Assembly (NCBI GenBank): GCA_030295235.1
Contig: AP026124.1
Location: 2,170,001 to 2,234,000, forward strand
Length of the DNA: 64,000 nt
Source: Fistulifera solaris
Lineage: Eukaryota
Direction of reading: 5' to 3'
This document shows positions 12,201-23,430 of the stretch, piece after piece. Made by a program: the position numbers and the translations under genes. The notes below the pieces were generated by a model. That model worked only from the letters and a program-made list of their open reading frames with translations, ran no database searches and had not been told where the DNA came from. Numbering within the stretch: the first letter of the stretch is position 1; every line of letters begins with the position of its first letter.

Positions 12201-12357
12201 GATAGAACCTTGAACAAGGCCGAACTTTGGCGAGAACGGGCTCGGAAAAAGTGGCCTGAACATCCTTTTCGACTTTTGCGCTTGGTGAAACTGCGAGGCG
12301 AGTACCGGCGGTCACCGGAGGAGGTTTCCTGTCATCAGTTTCGCTATCGGAAGACAT
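6273..12357 (-). CDS. Copia gag-pol polyprotein, broken by many frameshifts in this sequence
   Basis: gag from MSSDSETDD (12357); Zn-knuckle-like CxxC..H..H (~11010-11050); protease IWDTGAT (~9980); integrase VSMDHF / YHTDNG / HHQNAVAER; RT CLTYVDDCL (~7270); RNase H FVDADFAG, FEDNNGA, QLADIMTK. Confidence 0.9.
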
Positions 12358-12443
12358 ATCGCGAATAACGAAAGACGACAAAAGAGGAGTAAGTAGGGCA
12401 CGTGTATCAAACAACTGCAAAGACTGTACCAGATAGTGTGAAT

Positions 12444-12457
12444 CTGGGCTCGTAACC
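12444..12457 (-). other. Primer-binding site complementary to the anticodon arm of initiator tRNA-Met (half-tRNA priming)
   Basis: Minus-strand GGTTACGAGCCCAG directly follows the 5' LTR. It matches the complement of the tRNA-iMet segment CUGGGCUCAUAACC (recalled) at 13 of 14 positions. Confidence 0.75.
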
Positions 12458-12908
12458 TCTCACGTATCGACGGACAGAAACAGAAATTCTGTCAACCAAG
12501 TCGCTACGTTTCGCAACAACAGAAGAGGAAGTATCTGGTAGAGCTAAGACGATAAACAGTCAAAGTTTTCCAAACAACAATATTATGAAGCCTTTACAAA
12601 TCCGACAAATGAACAAGGTGGAATCTCACTGGGTGATGGTTCCGCCGAGAATGTCACTGCCATCGGACTAGGTCTTGTTTTATCTTGAAATTCTGAGCTC
12701 ACGTATGTGGCTCTAACATTCTTGTATCGCGTTGCTTGCAAACCTTTCACGCCTTCACGATCAACCCAAATCGTGCAAAGACCCTTGGGCCTCGCCCAAG
12801 AGGTTACATTCGGATGCTTCCGATTTGGGGATCGGAATTCGCATTAGGTCGTGCGGCCATATTGGCTGAGTCCCTAGTAGTCTGCCCGCTATCCGCATTT
12901 CCGTGACA
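12458..12908 (-). repeat. 5' LTR (451 bp)
   Basis: Direct repeat of 5792-6244, bounded by the TSD copy on the right and the PBS on the left. Confidence 0.95.
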
Positions 12909-13069
12909 AGGACACATTTTTTGGCTTTTTTTGCGCTGATGTGTTTTTTCCCATCAGATCATCGCGATGACGGACACCATGTACGACGAAGATGATGAAA
13001 TTGGAATGCAGTTTGCAGTTTGTAGACACAAATTAGACTTTAGCCACTTAACGACAATATTTTCTCACT

Positions 13070-13567
13070 ATGGCTAAGTTCTTACTTCATTGTTTGCTTG
13101 TCTCTTATTGCTCGGGTCTGCAACTGCCGCTACCCAGAAAGGCCGATTCGTTTCCGTCGGCCGTCGCGTATCCCTCTTCCATGGAAGCTCCTATAAGTCG
13201 TCGTACCATGTTCCAGTCTGCCGGAATTGCATCGGCAGCTCTTTTCGGTATCGCTTCACAGTCAAATGCCCTTGATATGGACGCGTTCATGAACGCGGAG
13301 GTACGTCTAGCACTCGGAATATGATGCGATCAATTCTGTCGTCCGCTGACTCATCGAGGTAATTAGATTGAATCTAGCACAAAGAACTGCAATCCGAAGA
13401 CGGACCCGAAGTGTATTCCGAAGCTTACTCCAGATGAAGCTCTTTGCAAGTACGGTCAAAGCGGAAATGCGAGAGCCGAGGCCTGTAAACGCGTTCGTGC
13501 TGCTGGTGGTGACGTTCCGAAACCAGGCTCGCAAGGCAAAAGTTTGGGCGGAGCGTATGCCATGTAA
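13070..13567 (+). CDS. Small putative thylakoid-lumen protein (signal + transit + Tat-like peptide), 2 exons
   Basis: Signal peptide MAKFLLHCLLVSYCSG, then SRR...hydrophobic...SNA|LDMDAF. Intron 13301-13366 (GT..AG) joins in frame to IESSTKNCNPKTDPKC...CKYG...ACKRV...GGAYAM*. Confidence 0.75.
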
Positions 13568-13696
13568 GATTTATAGAAGCTAAAATGGCCGAAAGATCGC
13601 TACGGTTAGATAAAAATAGTTTACAAGTGGTCTAAATGTAACGGAAAGATTGAAATTATAAAATCGAGTTTTCTTTTCATCACTTCGTGTCGTGAA

Positions 13697-16678
13697 TTAT
13701 CGCTGTGATTTGCGGACATCCTCTACAGAATGCTTTGGAAGATCAGGGCTTAAAGAAACTGGGATATCCACTTGAGCCTCTTTCGTTTGGGTTTTCCCAT
13801 TCCATGCAGAAGGAGATCGTTTCTCGGGACTTGTTTGTAGTTTTGCTTGAAGAGAGGCTCTGTTTTTGGGTTGTCGAGGTTTGGAAGGTTGCGTGAATAA
13901 ACCATGAACACCAGTGATCTTAGAGCTGAATTTGCGCAGTGAACGAAGAGGAACTTTTCTGTTTTTTTACAGGAAGGGAATCAGGTCGAGTAGCGTTAGA
14001 TATGCCGGCTGGCAGGCTGGGCTGTCTCTGTCCTTTCGTGGAGTTGGTGCTTGTTGAATCGTGTAGATTCGGAAATGGCAGAGTAACGGAATTCTGCTTT
14101 GGCGACTTTGCTGATGTATTCGTTAATGACCTTGAAGGCTTAGAAATTAAGCCGTGGACGCCTGTGAGCTTCGAAAACGCTTTGCGTAGCTTTCGCAGCG
14201 GCACATTTCTTTGAGAGGAAGGGTCTTGCTTTTGTTGGGGCTTTCCTCCTTTCTTCGATTCTGCCTGCCGTGGTAGCACACCAGTTGCGTTCCTTGGCTT
14301 GTTGATTGCTGCTGACTTTCGCTCTGGAAGACCACTCATGTAATTTTGGAGTAAATTTGGCATTTTGGGTTGTTGCGCGTCCTGGTTGGAGCTCGGCGCA
14401 TTCTTCATCGAAGAAGCTCGAGCACCTTCAACTCTCTCAAACAGACTCTCTTCCTTTTGTTTTGTAGCGTTCAATTCCTTCTCGAGCTGTGCCGCTTTCT
14501 CTTCCACTTGGCGAAATTGACTTGTTGTCCACTGTATCTCCTGCAGCAAGGATTCACGCTCGCGTGCATTCGTACTTTTAAGGTTATCCAGAGCATTTTG
14601 TAGTTTCAGGAGTTCGTTTTCTTTCGATTGCAAAGCAGAGATTGCGGAATCGGCTTTTGCGAAATCGCCAGCTTTTCTTTTGTATGGTCATTAACTTAGC
14701 TTCCAGATTCTCTTTACTGGTTTCCAGTGAGTTGAGCTTCTGCACCAAAGCTTGAAATTCCTCATTCGCGACGGATTGGCCCTCGACTTTTGCCAGGCTT
14801 CCTTGTGTTGTATTGTATGCTTGCTCCAGCGAGAAATACTGCGATGATAAAAGACTATTCTCGTCCTGCAAGGTCGAAATCTGCTTCTGTAGTTGGTTCA
14901 CGTTGTGTTCAAGTTGGCTTTGCGTTCGTTTGATCATATCTCGTTCATTTCTCATGTGGTCATTCTCAAGCTTCAGCTTACTCCTCGCTTGAATGAGCTC
15001 TTCAATTAGCTCACGGAATTCGTCGTGCTCTTTTTGAAGACGTGCGACCTCGTCTTCAAGCATTTTCCTAGATTCGCTAATCTTATTGGCGTTGAGTTCC
15101 ATCTCGAGGCATTCTTGTTCTCTGGATTCAATTTCACGCCTGGCAATGGCGAAATCTCCTAAACGTTCCTCAAGCTTACGAACATACGTTCCAATCATGG
15201 TAAGATTTGATTCAGTCCACTGGATCGCATCGTCCTTTCCCGGATCGTGGATTGCAGATTCGCTTTCTCTTCTTCATGACATAGAACCAGCGATTCAATT
15301 TCATTCTGCAAACGCTTGATTTCTATTCTCGCCAATTTCAAGTCATCTGCCATTCGTTGGGTTTTCGGAGCTTCTTCGCTCATATCTTTCTTCAACTGAC
15401 GCAACGCTGCTTTGAGAACAACCCTGTCTTCCTCGAATACCCCAATTCTGTCATTCAGTTCATCCAGTATTTCATCCCGAGACTTGACTTGTTCCGCAAG
15501 AGCAGTGTTGTTTCTCTGTAAATTCGTTACCGTGGCTTCGAGTTCCTCGACATTCTCTCGTTCCCGCTGTAACGCTGCTAAAAGCGTCGACCGTGCATCT
15601 TCCCGCAGCGATTCTAGACTTTCGTCAACGGGATCGACATTCGAGCCCCATCCGAACAGCCATGCGAAGAAACCTCGTTTCCTTCCTGATTTCCGGCGAT
15701 GATGCGATGTCGTTGAATCCTCATCTTGATCGGCGATTCGATGCCTCTCAACCAGAGTTGAAAGTTCTTCCGCTTTCAAGGTCATTTTTGTCAACTGTGA
15801 ACCTAACGCATCTGATTCATTCCGAAGTCTGGCTACTTGTTCCATGTGCTCACTACACTTTTTTCGCCACTCCTCTACATTCCCTTCCAGCATTGCTATT
15901 TGCTTGCCCATTTCAGTGCAATTGTTTTGGTACTGTAAGAGATCGTTGCGCTCCTTCGCCATAGTTGCCTCCGTTTCAATGACACGTTCCGTAAGTACGT
16001 CCAGTTGCCGCACATGCAAATCTTCTCGCTGTTGCATATGAGCTAACTGCGCTGTGATGTTGGCAAGATGAGCACGTAAGCCTTGCTCGCGCTGAAAGGC
16101 AATTTCGAGATCGTGCTGCATCCCTTGAATGACGTAATTCGGAGGCTGTAAAGGACGGCCTAGTCCATTTCCGCGATTTTGTTGATTAAAAGGAATATGT
16201 CTAGGTGGCTGCAATGCATGTCCAAAATTTTGTGGTGGGGCCGGTAAGCTTGTTGTCGACAATGAGTTTTGTTGTGGTTGTGAAAACGCATTCACATTTT
16301 CGGAATTTTGTGTTTGATTGCCCAGCGCTTCATCCAATGCACCAAGTGTATTGACGCAAGTAAATTGCGGCGTTGGTGGCGGCGGAGGAGGAGGAATACG
16401 GGGCAAGCCGTTCGGAAGGGGCGGAGGAGGCTGCTGGAGCGAAGGACCCCCGAATCGTGGTTGGTCGTCCTGTTTGGACGAAGACTCGTCATTCCGTGTT
16501 GCACCGAACCCAAAATTGTTGCCGCCCTTCCTAGAATAGCGGCATCGATATAAGAGTAATTGGAGGTACAAATCCACAAGTAAAACACCAGCAAGCGTGC
16601 CGAAAACCCATTCATTGGATATTTCATTCTTTTGTGCTTCGCAACCACAGTGGAAAAGGCCCGCTTCTCCTCAAACAA
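13697..16678 (-). CDS. Long coiled-coil protein with N-terminal signal-like and Pro-rich segments; several apparent frameshifts
   Basis: Abutting minus-strand ORFs 16292-16678, 15195-16577, 14584-15198 and 13920-14633 read as one continuous coiled-coil protein. A further frame continues to TAA at 13697-13699. Confidence 0.65.
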
Positions 16679-17159
16679 GCCCTTTGTGCTGCCGCTCTTA
16701 GTGATAAGGAGTTAAGGTAAGATCGAGAGTCACTTCAAATGACGCCCCCTGGCGAACGGAGGAAAAATAATGATTGTGACAAATGCTCGAATCATCAATG
16801 TGCAACGCGTTATTATTTGTAGAAAACCGGACCACGGTCAGCGACACGTGTAAAAATCTATGCTCTTTATCAACGGTCGGAGGTCAAGCGGTAAGCCGCT
16901 AACTTTAATGGAGAACTTAAGGTGGAACCGTAAACGAAATTGAGAACACCGAACACCGACCCTACCGAACATTGACATTCCAACTTCGAGAAGTTGGACA
17001 TCGGAACTTGGAGCGCACGAAGGGCACACTACGCACTCCAAGTACGCACTGGCGGATGTGAGACGATGTGACTAAACGACAGACGTCTTGCAAAATGACG
17101 TAAGAGTGTCCCCGACTCCGATCAAGTACTTTGCGTCGTGTGTTCGTCGTCCATTGACC

Positions 17160-17171
17160 ATTGACGTCAAT
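17160..17171. promoter_or_regulatory. CRE/ACGT-box palindrome ATTGACGTCAAT (candidate bZIP/aureochrome site)
   Basis: 12-bp perfect palindrome containing TGACGTCA; a second TGACGT lies at ~17096. Both are in the divergent intergenic region upstream of 17753. Confidence 0.35.
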
Positions 17172-17752
17172 ACTAGTACCAGGTACACTACTTTCCAGGT
17201 GGACATGTTGAATATCTTTATTTAGTAACTGTCGGCTAAAACGTGAAGGTAACGAATTATGATAGGTAGTGTAGATTTCGAGTACCGGATCAACCAGTAT
17301 TTGTGAATTCGGAAGAGACTTTCTTAGTACTACGTAGTACTTGTGCAAAATTGGGTAGACCGAAGTGAAGAGTTTGATTACGGTCAAAAGGACAATCGTC
17401 TATGTCGTGTTGAAGTACCTGGTACTGTAGGTTGTTTCGTAAATGTTTCTCCTCGGATTCGCATTCTGATTGGCCACGGCAGCTCTTACACAAAGACTGA
17501 TGGTCGTGGAAGAAAAGAAGCGGACAATTGGATGGTCAGCGTCATGACTTAATTACCGCGTTCTCAGCCAAGGTCAACCTTACTTTAGTCGTAGCAATGA
17601 AAGGGTTTTAAATCAAACCGCACCTTCCCGGAGCTGTCCGCTCCCCCAGCTTTCCTCTCAGCGTGAAACAATCGCAGCCAATCCAAATTCACCGCCGCTG
17701 GCATAACGTCAAAACTCATTTGGCAGTCCATTGGCCAATTAAAACTTGAACC

Positions 17753-20293
17753 ATGGCATCCATCAGCTTCGACTTGGATTTTGGCATCCCAGCAAACACC
17801 TCGGCCTTTGCAAGCATTGCAATGGACGGGGACGAATATGTGAGCTGCAGTCGTTGTGGCCATGGTGGTTGCGATATCCGCGTCTTCGGCTGCGGTTGCA
17901 CCGTTCATGCGGTACGTACTGACGTAGACTTCTACGTACGGCATCGGACAGGTGTTGTTCCCTCCGATGCCGACTCGTATCGATGGATTGTTCTTGTTCT
18001 TTGAATTGCAAACGAAGAAACTGCTTGTTTCTTGCTTGTCTACGACTTGTAAAGCAGTTTGCGCAGCATTTAGTTATTGAAATTGCGGGCCGCCGGAAGT
18101 GATCATCGTGGTGATTATGCCGACTATCGACTCAATCTTCCCACCTCTCATATCTTCTCCTTTTTACATTCAAATCTTCTTTTAATCTTCAGCGCTGCAT
18201 GGCTTTGAACCCCAACGGACCTTTGACGACTTGTACTTTGTGCCACAAACCCACGAATGGCTTGTATCTCTTCCCCATGTCCTTTCGCGAGATTGATGAA
18301 GCGGCGAAGATTGCCTCCTCGTTGCTGGACGCCAAAGGCCGCGGACGGAAGCGTAAGGGATCTCCAGAGGACGAGTTTCCGGGAGCGTATTTGACAGAAC
18401 GCCGCACCGGTCGCTGGACGACGGATGAGATGGCCTACTGTGACAAACTCATTGAGAAGTTCGAGAAGGGCGAAGTACCCATTGAAGACGGTTCCAAGCT
18501 GAACGAATTTTTGGGAAACATGCTCAAGTCGAAGCAATCGCGTCTTACCAAGAAGATGAAAAACGCCAAGCTCTCGACGAGACTCTTCAAGCGCCTTTCC
18601 GGTTACATTGAAACCGAAGAAGCTAGATTTTTCTCCGAGCTTGAAGAGGCCTTTTACCGTGGTATTACCGACCCTCAGGAGCGCGCCGAAATTAGATTCC
18701 ATATGCAGAAGGAATGGCGTGAGCAGTTCAGCCGAGTGTGCGCTGCCATCGGGCAGCCCTTGGATGCTGAAGCATGGCTGAACAGCGTGGAGGAGATGGA
18801 CCGCCGCGCTGCTCAGGCCAAGAACGCCGCCCGCGTTGCCAAGCGCAAATTGATGATGGGCACCGCGTTGCGTTTGGATTCCCGCAACCCTGACTCGGGT
18901 GTCTTTATCGAAAAGACCGAAGCTGAGTCTCGCGTCGTTTCCATGAATGAGCCCGACATGGAACGCGAAATGGCTTCCATGTTCGCAGATGAAAGGGCAA
19001 TTTCCAGTTTTGAGTTTCTCGATAAAACGAGTCTTTTGCACTCAGCCCCCTTTCTCGCGAAAGCGACGACGTACATGCAGCGTCATGGTATCCCTTTTGA
19101 ACATATTGATATTTGGGTGCCATCTTACGTGCCGGCGGAGGGTAGCACGGATGAAGACATGACTTCTTGTCGTCTCTGCTACGCCGGCAGTGCCACCGTC
19201 GACAAACTCGTTGACGAAGATGGTAAGACCCCTCGATTGTTGACTTCGGACGAACAGTTCAATTTTTATGCGTTCGGAGACTACAGTCAAAAGTTTTCTT
19301 TTGATGTTGGCTGTGGTCTTCCTGGACGAGTTTACGAATCTGGGCGTCCGACGTGGGAGCAAAGCGTTCACAAGGCACCTCACAATCACTTTGAACGATG
19401 TGGTGGTGCCGCCCAATGGGGTATCAAGACAGTGATTGGTCTTCCGATTGCCAGTCCCAATGTTGGTCGGATTGTCGTTACGCTTTACTCCTGTTTTGAT
19501 CGAACCAAAGATGAGGATCTGGTCTCTCGTCTTACCGAAGAGTTCACGAAAGTAAGTACATTTTTAACCGAGAGTTGCTCTCTCAAAACATCCGCTCACT
19601 GGAATTGCGTCGCAGCTCATGCCGTCTCCCAAATGGAAACTGGTAGTTGACATTGGCGAGAATGAAGAGTCTCCTTCATCGCTTTCTATTGCTGACAATC
19701 TCGTGGAAGAGATTAATGACGTTGCGGAAATCAAGACAAGCGAGGATCTAAATCTTCTCGCCAATTTTGGTGTGGATACAGGTCGTCCTGTCAGGAACGA
19801 ATCGCGCTCTGCGGATGGCAGAGATCCAAGAGTCAACGAGGTAATTGCTCTACTAGGAGAATTCACGCCCTCCGACCCTGGGTCTCCTCTTCAGCCCTAT
19901 TTATCTGGATTTATGTCCCTCCGCTTATTGCTGCTCCGCCAGTCGCGAACTCCCGAGGAAGAAGATCTTGTGAACACGATGCTCGACTCGTTCTCTTCCT
20001 ACACGTCGGGACGCCGAGAGCGTGCCGACATTGCAGTGATGCTTGCCAGGGACTGCATCTTTTTGCTGAGCCAGCAGCTGTCTGTCTCACAGCTACAAAA
20101 CCACCATTTTCAACAGCAACCATTTCAGAATGGACAACCTTTTTTGGGCCATAATGCCCTCTCCGGCCAAGGCTCTAATATTGGGCTTTCGGTTTTTGGT
20201 CTGCCGTCCACCAGCTCCAGTCTTCAGAACTCTCCGGCTCTAACACCAATCCCGGCTCCGGGACCTGATTCGATGTCTATTGTGTCAAACTAA
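17753..20293 (+). CDS. RING-like Zn finger + GAF domain + Gln-rich putative transcription regulator (RGQ-like), 3 exons
   Basis: Exons 17753-17911, 18193-19551 and 19616-20293 with canonical GT-AG introns. Motifs CSRC..C..CGC..H.RC..CTLC, GRWTTDEMAYCDKLIEKF and GAF (IDIWVP; FSFDVGCGLPGRVY..WEQ..GIKTVIGLPI); Q-rich tail. Confidence 0.85.
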
Positions 20294-20552
20294 GGTGTTA
20301 GTTGCCAAGCTTGTGGGCGGTCATACTTCATTTTCATTTTTAAGAGTTCATGCTTTTTGCTTCTAATTTAAAAAGAATTCATTTGTGTTTATCTTATCCT
20401 TCATGCCTTAGTACGTACTGGTACATTTAATGATAGAATGGGTATAGCCTATGGGAACATTCGATCTGCATTTGATCGTTTTAGTACAAAATTCATTGTT
20501 TGTTTCAGATCAACACCTGACAAGGAGGCAAATCGCTACTCTGGCGTTTGAC

Positions 20553-22931
20553 TCAGCCGCCATTGTTCTCAGGCCCAGCATGGTTTGACATGTTCAACGG
20601 TTGTATTATTTCGTTGTTCCCTTCAATTGCTTGGGAGAAAGGAGAATGTATCAAAGCGTGCAAAGAAGGCGAAACAGCGAACGACACATCATTGGTTGAG
20701 GCTGCCATGATTCCATTCCTGGCAGCATAGTTGCTCTGCATGCCTGCTCCCTCAGCTTGGTAGTTTTGGACCGCGTTTGACTGGAGCATGAGATACTGCG
20801 ATGGCACTTTTGCTGCTTCATGTGTTGTGTCGAGGGCGATGCCCGGGATTCGTTCAGATGTTGAAAACTATTCATTTGCGTCTCTTGACTTCGCATTTTA
20901 GCGCTCTTATCATTCGAATTGAAATCGTACGTGTTTGTCGTGACGTTATGCATACTATCTTGGCGAGACAATTGCATGAAGTCCCTGCAGATCATGGAAG
21001 CCAACGACTCTTCTGCGTGACCCGATTGTTTGTATTGACTATACAGAGACAATGCCCTATCAAGCAACTCATTTTCTCGCTCTGTCCGATTTGGTTTTAG
21101 CAGCAAAAGTCGAAGGGAAGTAAAACCTGGGAGTAGCCCTGCAAGTGGCGAGTTTTTATCGTCAGGCATTTGATTACTAATCAGATCCGCCAATTCGCGC
21201 ACATGAGAACCGCCTTCATAGTCTTCACCCATCGAATCATGTGAAGATACCAATCCAACGTCAACAACCAATTTCCACTTTGGGGAAGGCATCAGCTGTT
21301 CGTAAAGCAGTACGTGAGACAACAAGTGGACGGTAAAATCAATCAAAAGTCAAAATCATAATTACCTTTGCCAATTCCTCGGAGAGTCGCGAAACTATCA
21401 ATTCATCCTTTACGCGGTCCAATAGCGAATAAAATACAATGACAACCCGTCCCACGTTAGGACTTGGCACAGGAACTCCCAAAACAGTTTGTATCCCCCA
21501 TTGAACGGCGCCACCTTTTCTTTCGAACTGCCCCGACGGCGCGCTTTGGATACCTTGTTCCCACGAAGATACTCCGGTCAAATATACCCTTCCGGGCAGC
21601 CCGCAACCAACGTCAAACGAGAATTTTTGACTATATTCGCCGAATGAAATCAAGTCAAATTGACTTTCGCCAGACAATGGGACGGGCGATGATTCTCCTG
21701 GAGGGACATGGTAGTCCGCGGTGCCGCATCCGGCAAAACACAACCGGCATTTGCCCCCGCTCTCATCATCCGGCGTTTGCGAAACAAACGATGGCACCCA
21801 AATATCCACATGCTCAAATGGAATATTCGTCCGTTGCATATAATCGACTACTTTACCAATGAATGGAGACGAGAAGTGTCGCGGAGGTTTGATTTTAGAC
21901 GCACATAATCGTGGCTTCCTTCTCTTGTACCCGTCCGTGTCACTGTCGGAAACATTACTCGAAACCGAAGCACTCGGATCAATTTTCACTCCGGACGTTT
22001 TGTGAGGATCAATAAAAACTCCAATGGATGGATTGATGGCGTCTTCGCGCAAGGCCTGCCCCATCATGACTTTTCGTCTCGCGATGCGCGCGGCATTTTT
22101 GTGTCGCGTGTTGCGACGATCGAGTTCCTCGGCACTGTGCAACCATTCGTTGGCATCTATGACATGCCCAATATTGACGCAATAAGCACTAAATGCTTCT
22201 CTCCATTCCTTTTGCATGTGAAACCGGATTTCGGAGCGTTCCATGTTGCACGATATCGAAGCATAAAATTCTGTTTCTAATACGGAAAATTCGCGGGCAT
22301 CCTCGTCCCGTAAAATATACCCCAGTGATCGTTTGTATTGTTTTGACGAAAGCTTGGCGTTTTTCATTTTCTTGGTCAGTCGGGATTGTTTGCTCTTGAG
22401 CATATTCGCTAGAAAATCATTCAATTTGATACCATCGGGAATCGGTAAAGCCCCCTGCTCAAAGTGCTCGACGAGCTTGTCGCAGTATGCCGTTTCTTCG
22501 GGCGTCCATCGTCCGATCCGAAGTTCCGACCCATCGGCTTCCATCGAGCTAAGACGAGAGATGGTGGCATTTTTCCGTTTCTTGCCCCTCTTATCGGAGA
22601 GCGCACTATTCGCTGCCTCGGCTTGGGCTTGATCAATTTCCGCAAACGTCATGGGCAATAATAAAATCGATCGGGCGGGCTTGAAACAAAGAGGACACGA
22701 AAGAAACGGTCTTCCTTCGGTTAAAGCGAAACATCGCTAGAAAAGTATCAAGTGAGTTTTTTTTTCTTGGCTGGCAGCACAAGTTTCCGCAGATCGACGC
22801 ACCGTATGAAAACAACAACCACAATCGAGCACTTTCAAATCACATCCTCCAATCGAGCATCGTTTACAACAACAGCAACTTTGACCCAATGGAGCTTGAC
22901 TACAAACAGGAACGGAGCAATTTGTCGTCAT
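20553..22931 (-). CDS. Paralogous RING-like + GAF regulator (RGQ-like), 3 exons
   Basis: Introns 22802-22737 and 21365-21296 fall at the same codon positions as in the paralog (HT|RC, K|LMPSPKW). Shares LKSKQSRLTKKMKNAKLS and YSQKFSFDVGCGLPGRVY. The 3' end is 20651, or 20553 if a frameshift near 20810 is an error. Confidence 0.85.
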
Positions 22932-23430
22932 TATTTTGGATTATGCGATAGGAGAAGGGTTCATGGACGCTACAAAGTCGTTTCTGAAATGTTGGTGTTG
23001 CCCCTCTGTTCAAAAAATCATCGTGGTATGGCGGCGCGTCGTGATGATATAAAAACACAGCTGAATGTGTTCGCTTCTATTATTTTTGTCGTCGCGCTGG
23101 TGGTGGCGGACGAAAAGCTGCTTCTTTTCAGTTCGGTATAAAACGGTACCAATCCCAAAGAACTATGGTATAGATTGTACATCAGTGCCGCTACGACAGC
23201 TTATTTCACTAAGAAGTGCAGGAGTGGTAGAGAGTATGTTTCGCACATAAAACAATCGAGTACCGTACTGGATTTATGGAGGCTGTACAGGCCAAAGCAA
23301 CGCAAAAACAAATCGACCATGACGGTCGCAATGACAAACACCTGTCTGCAGCGCACAAAATTCCATAGGCTATTTAGTCTAGCACTGCAACATTAATCTA
23401 CAAAACCTAATACGTTTCGCATCGCCCAAC

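Larger units (their letters stand above)
5792..12908 (-). mobile_element. Full-length Ty1/copia (CoDi-like) LTR retrotransposon
   Basis: Direct LTRs at 5792-6244 and 12458-12908; TSD AGGAC at 5787-5791 and 12909-12913; PBS, PPT, and copia domain order gag-PR-IN-RT-RH on the minus strand. Confidence 0.97.

Noticed and set aside
18148..19416. Long antisense ORFs (e.g. 18148-19041; also 50956-51528 and 7845-8387)
   Set aside because: They are shadows of well-supported genes on the opposite strand and contain no recognisable motifs.
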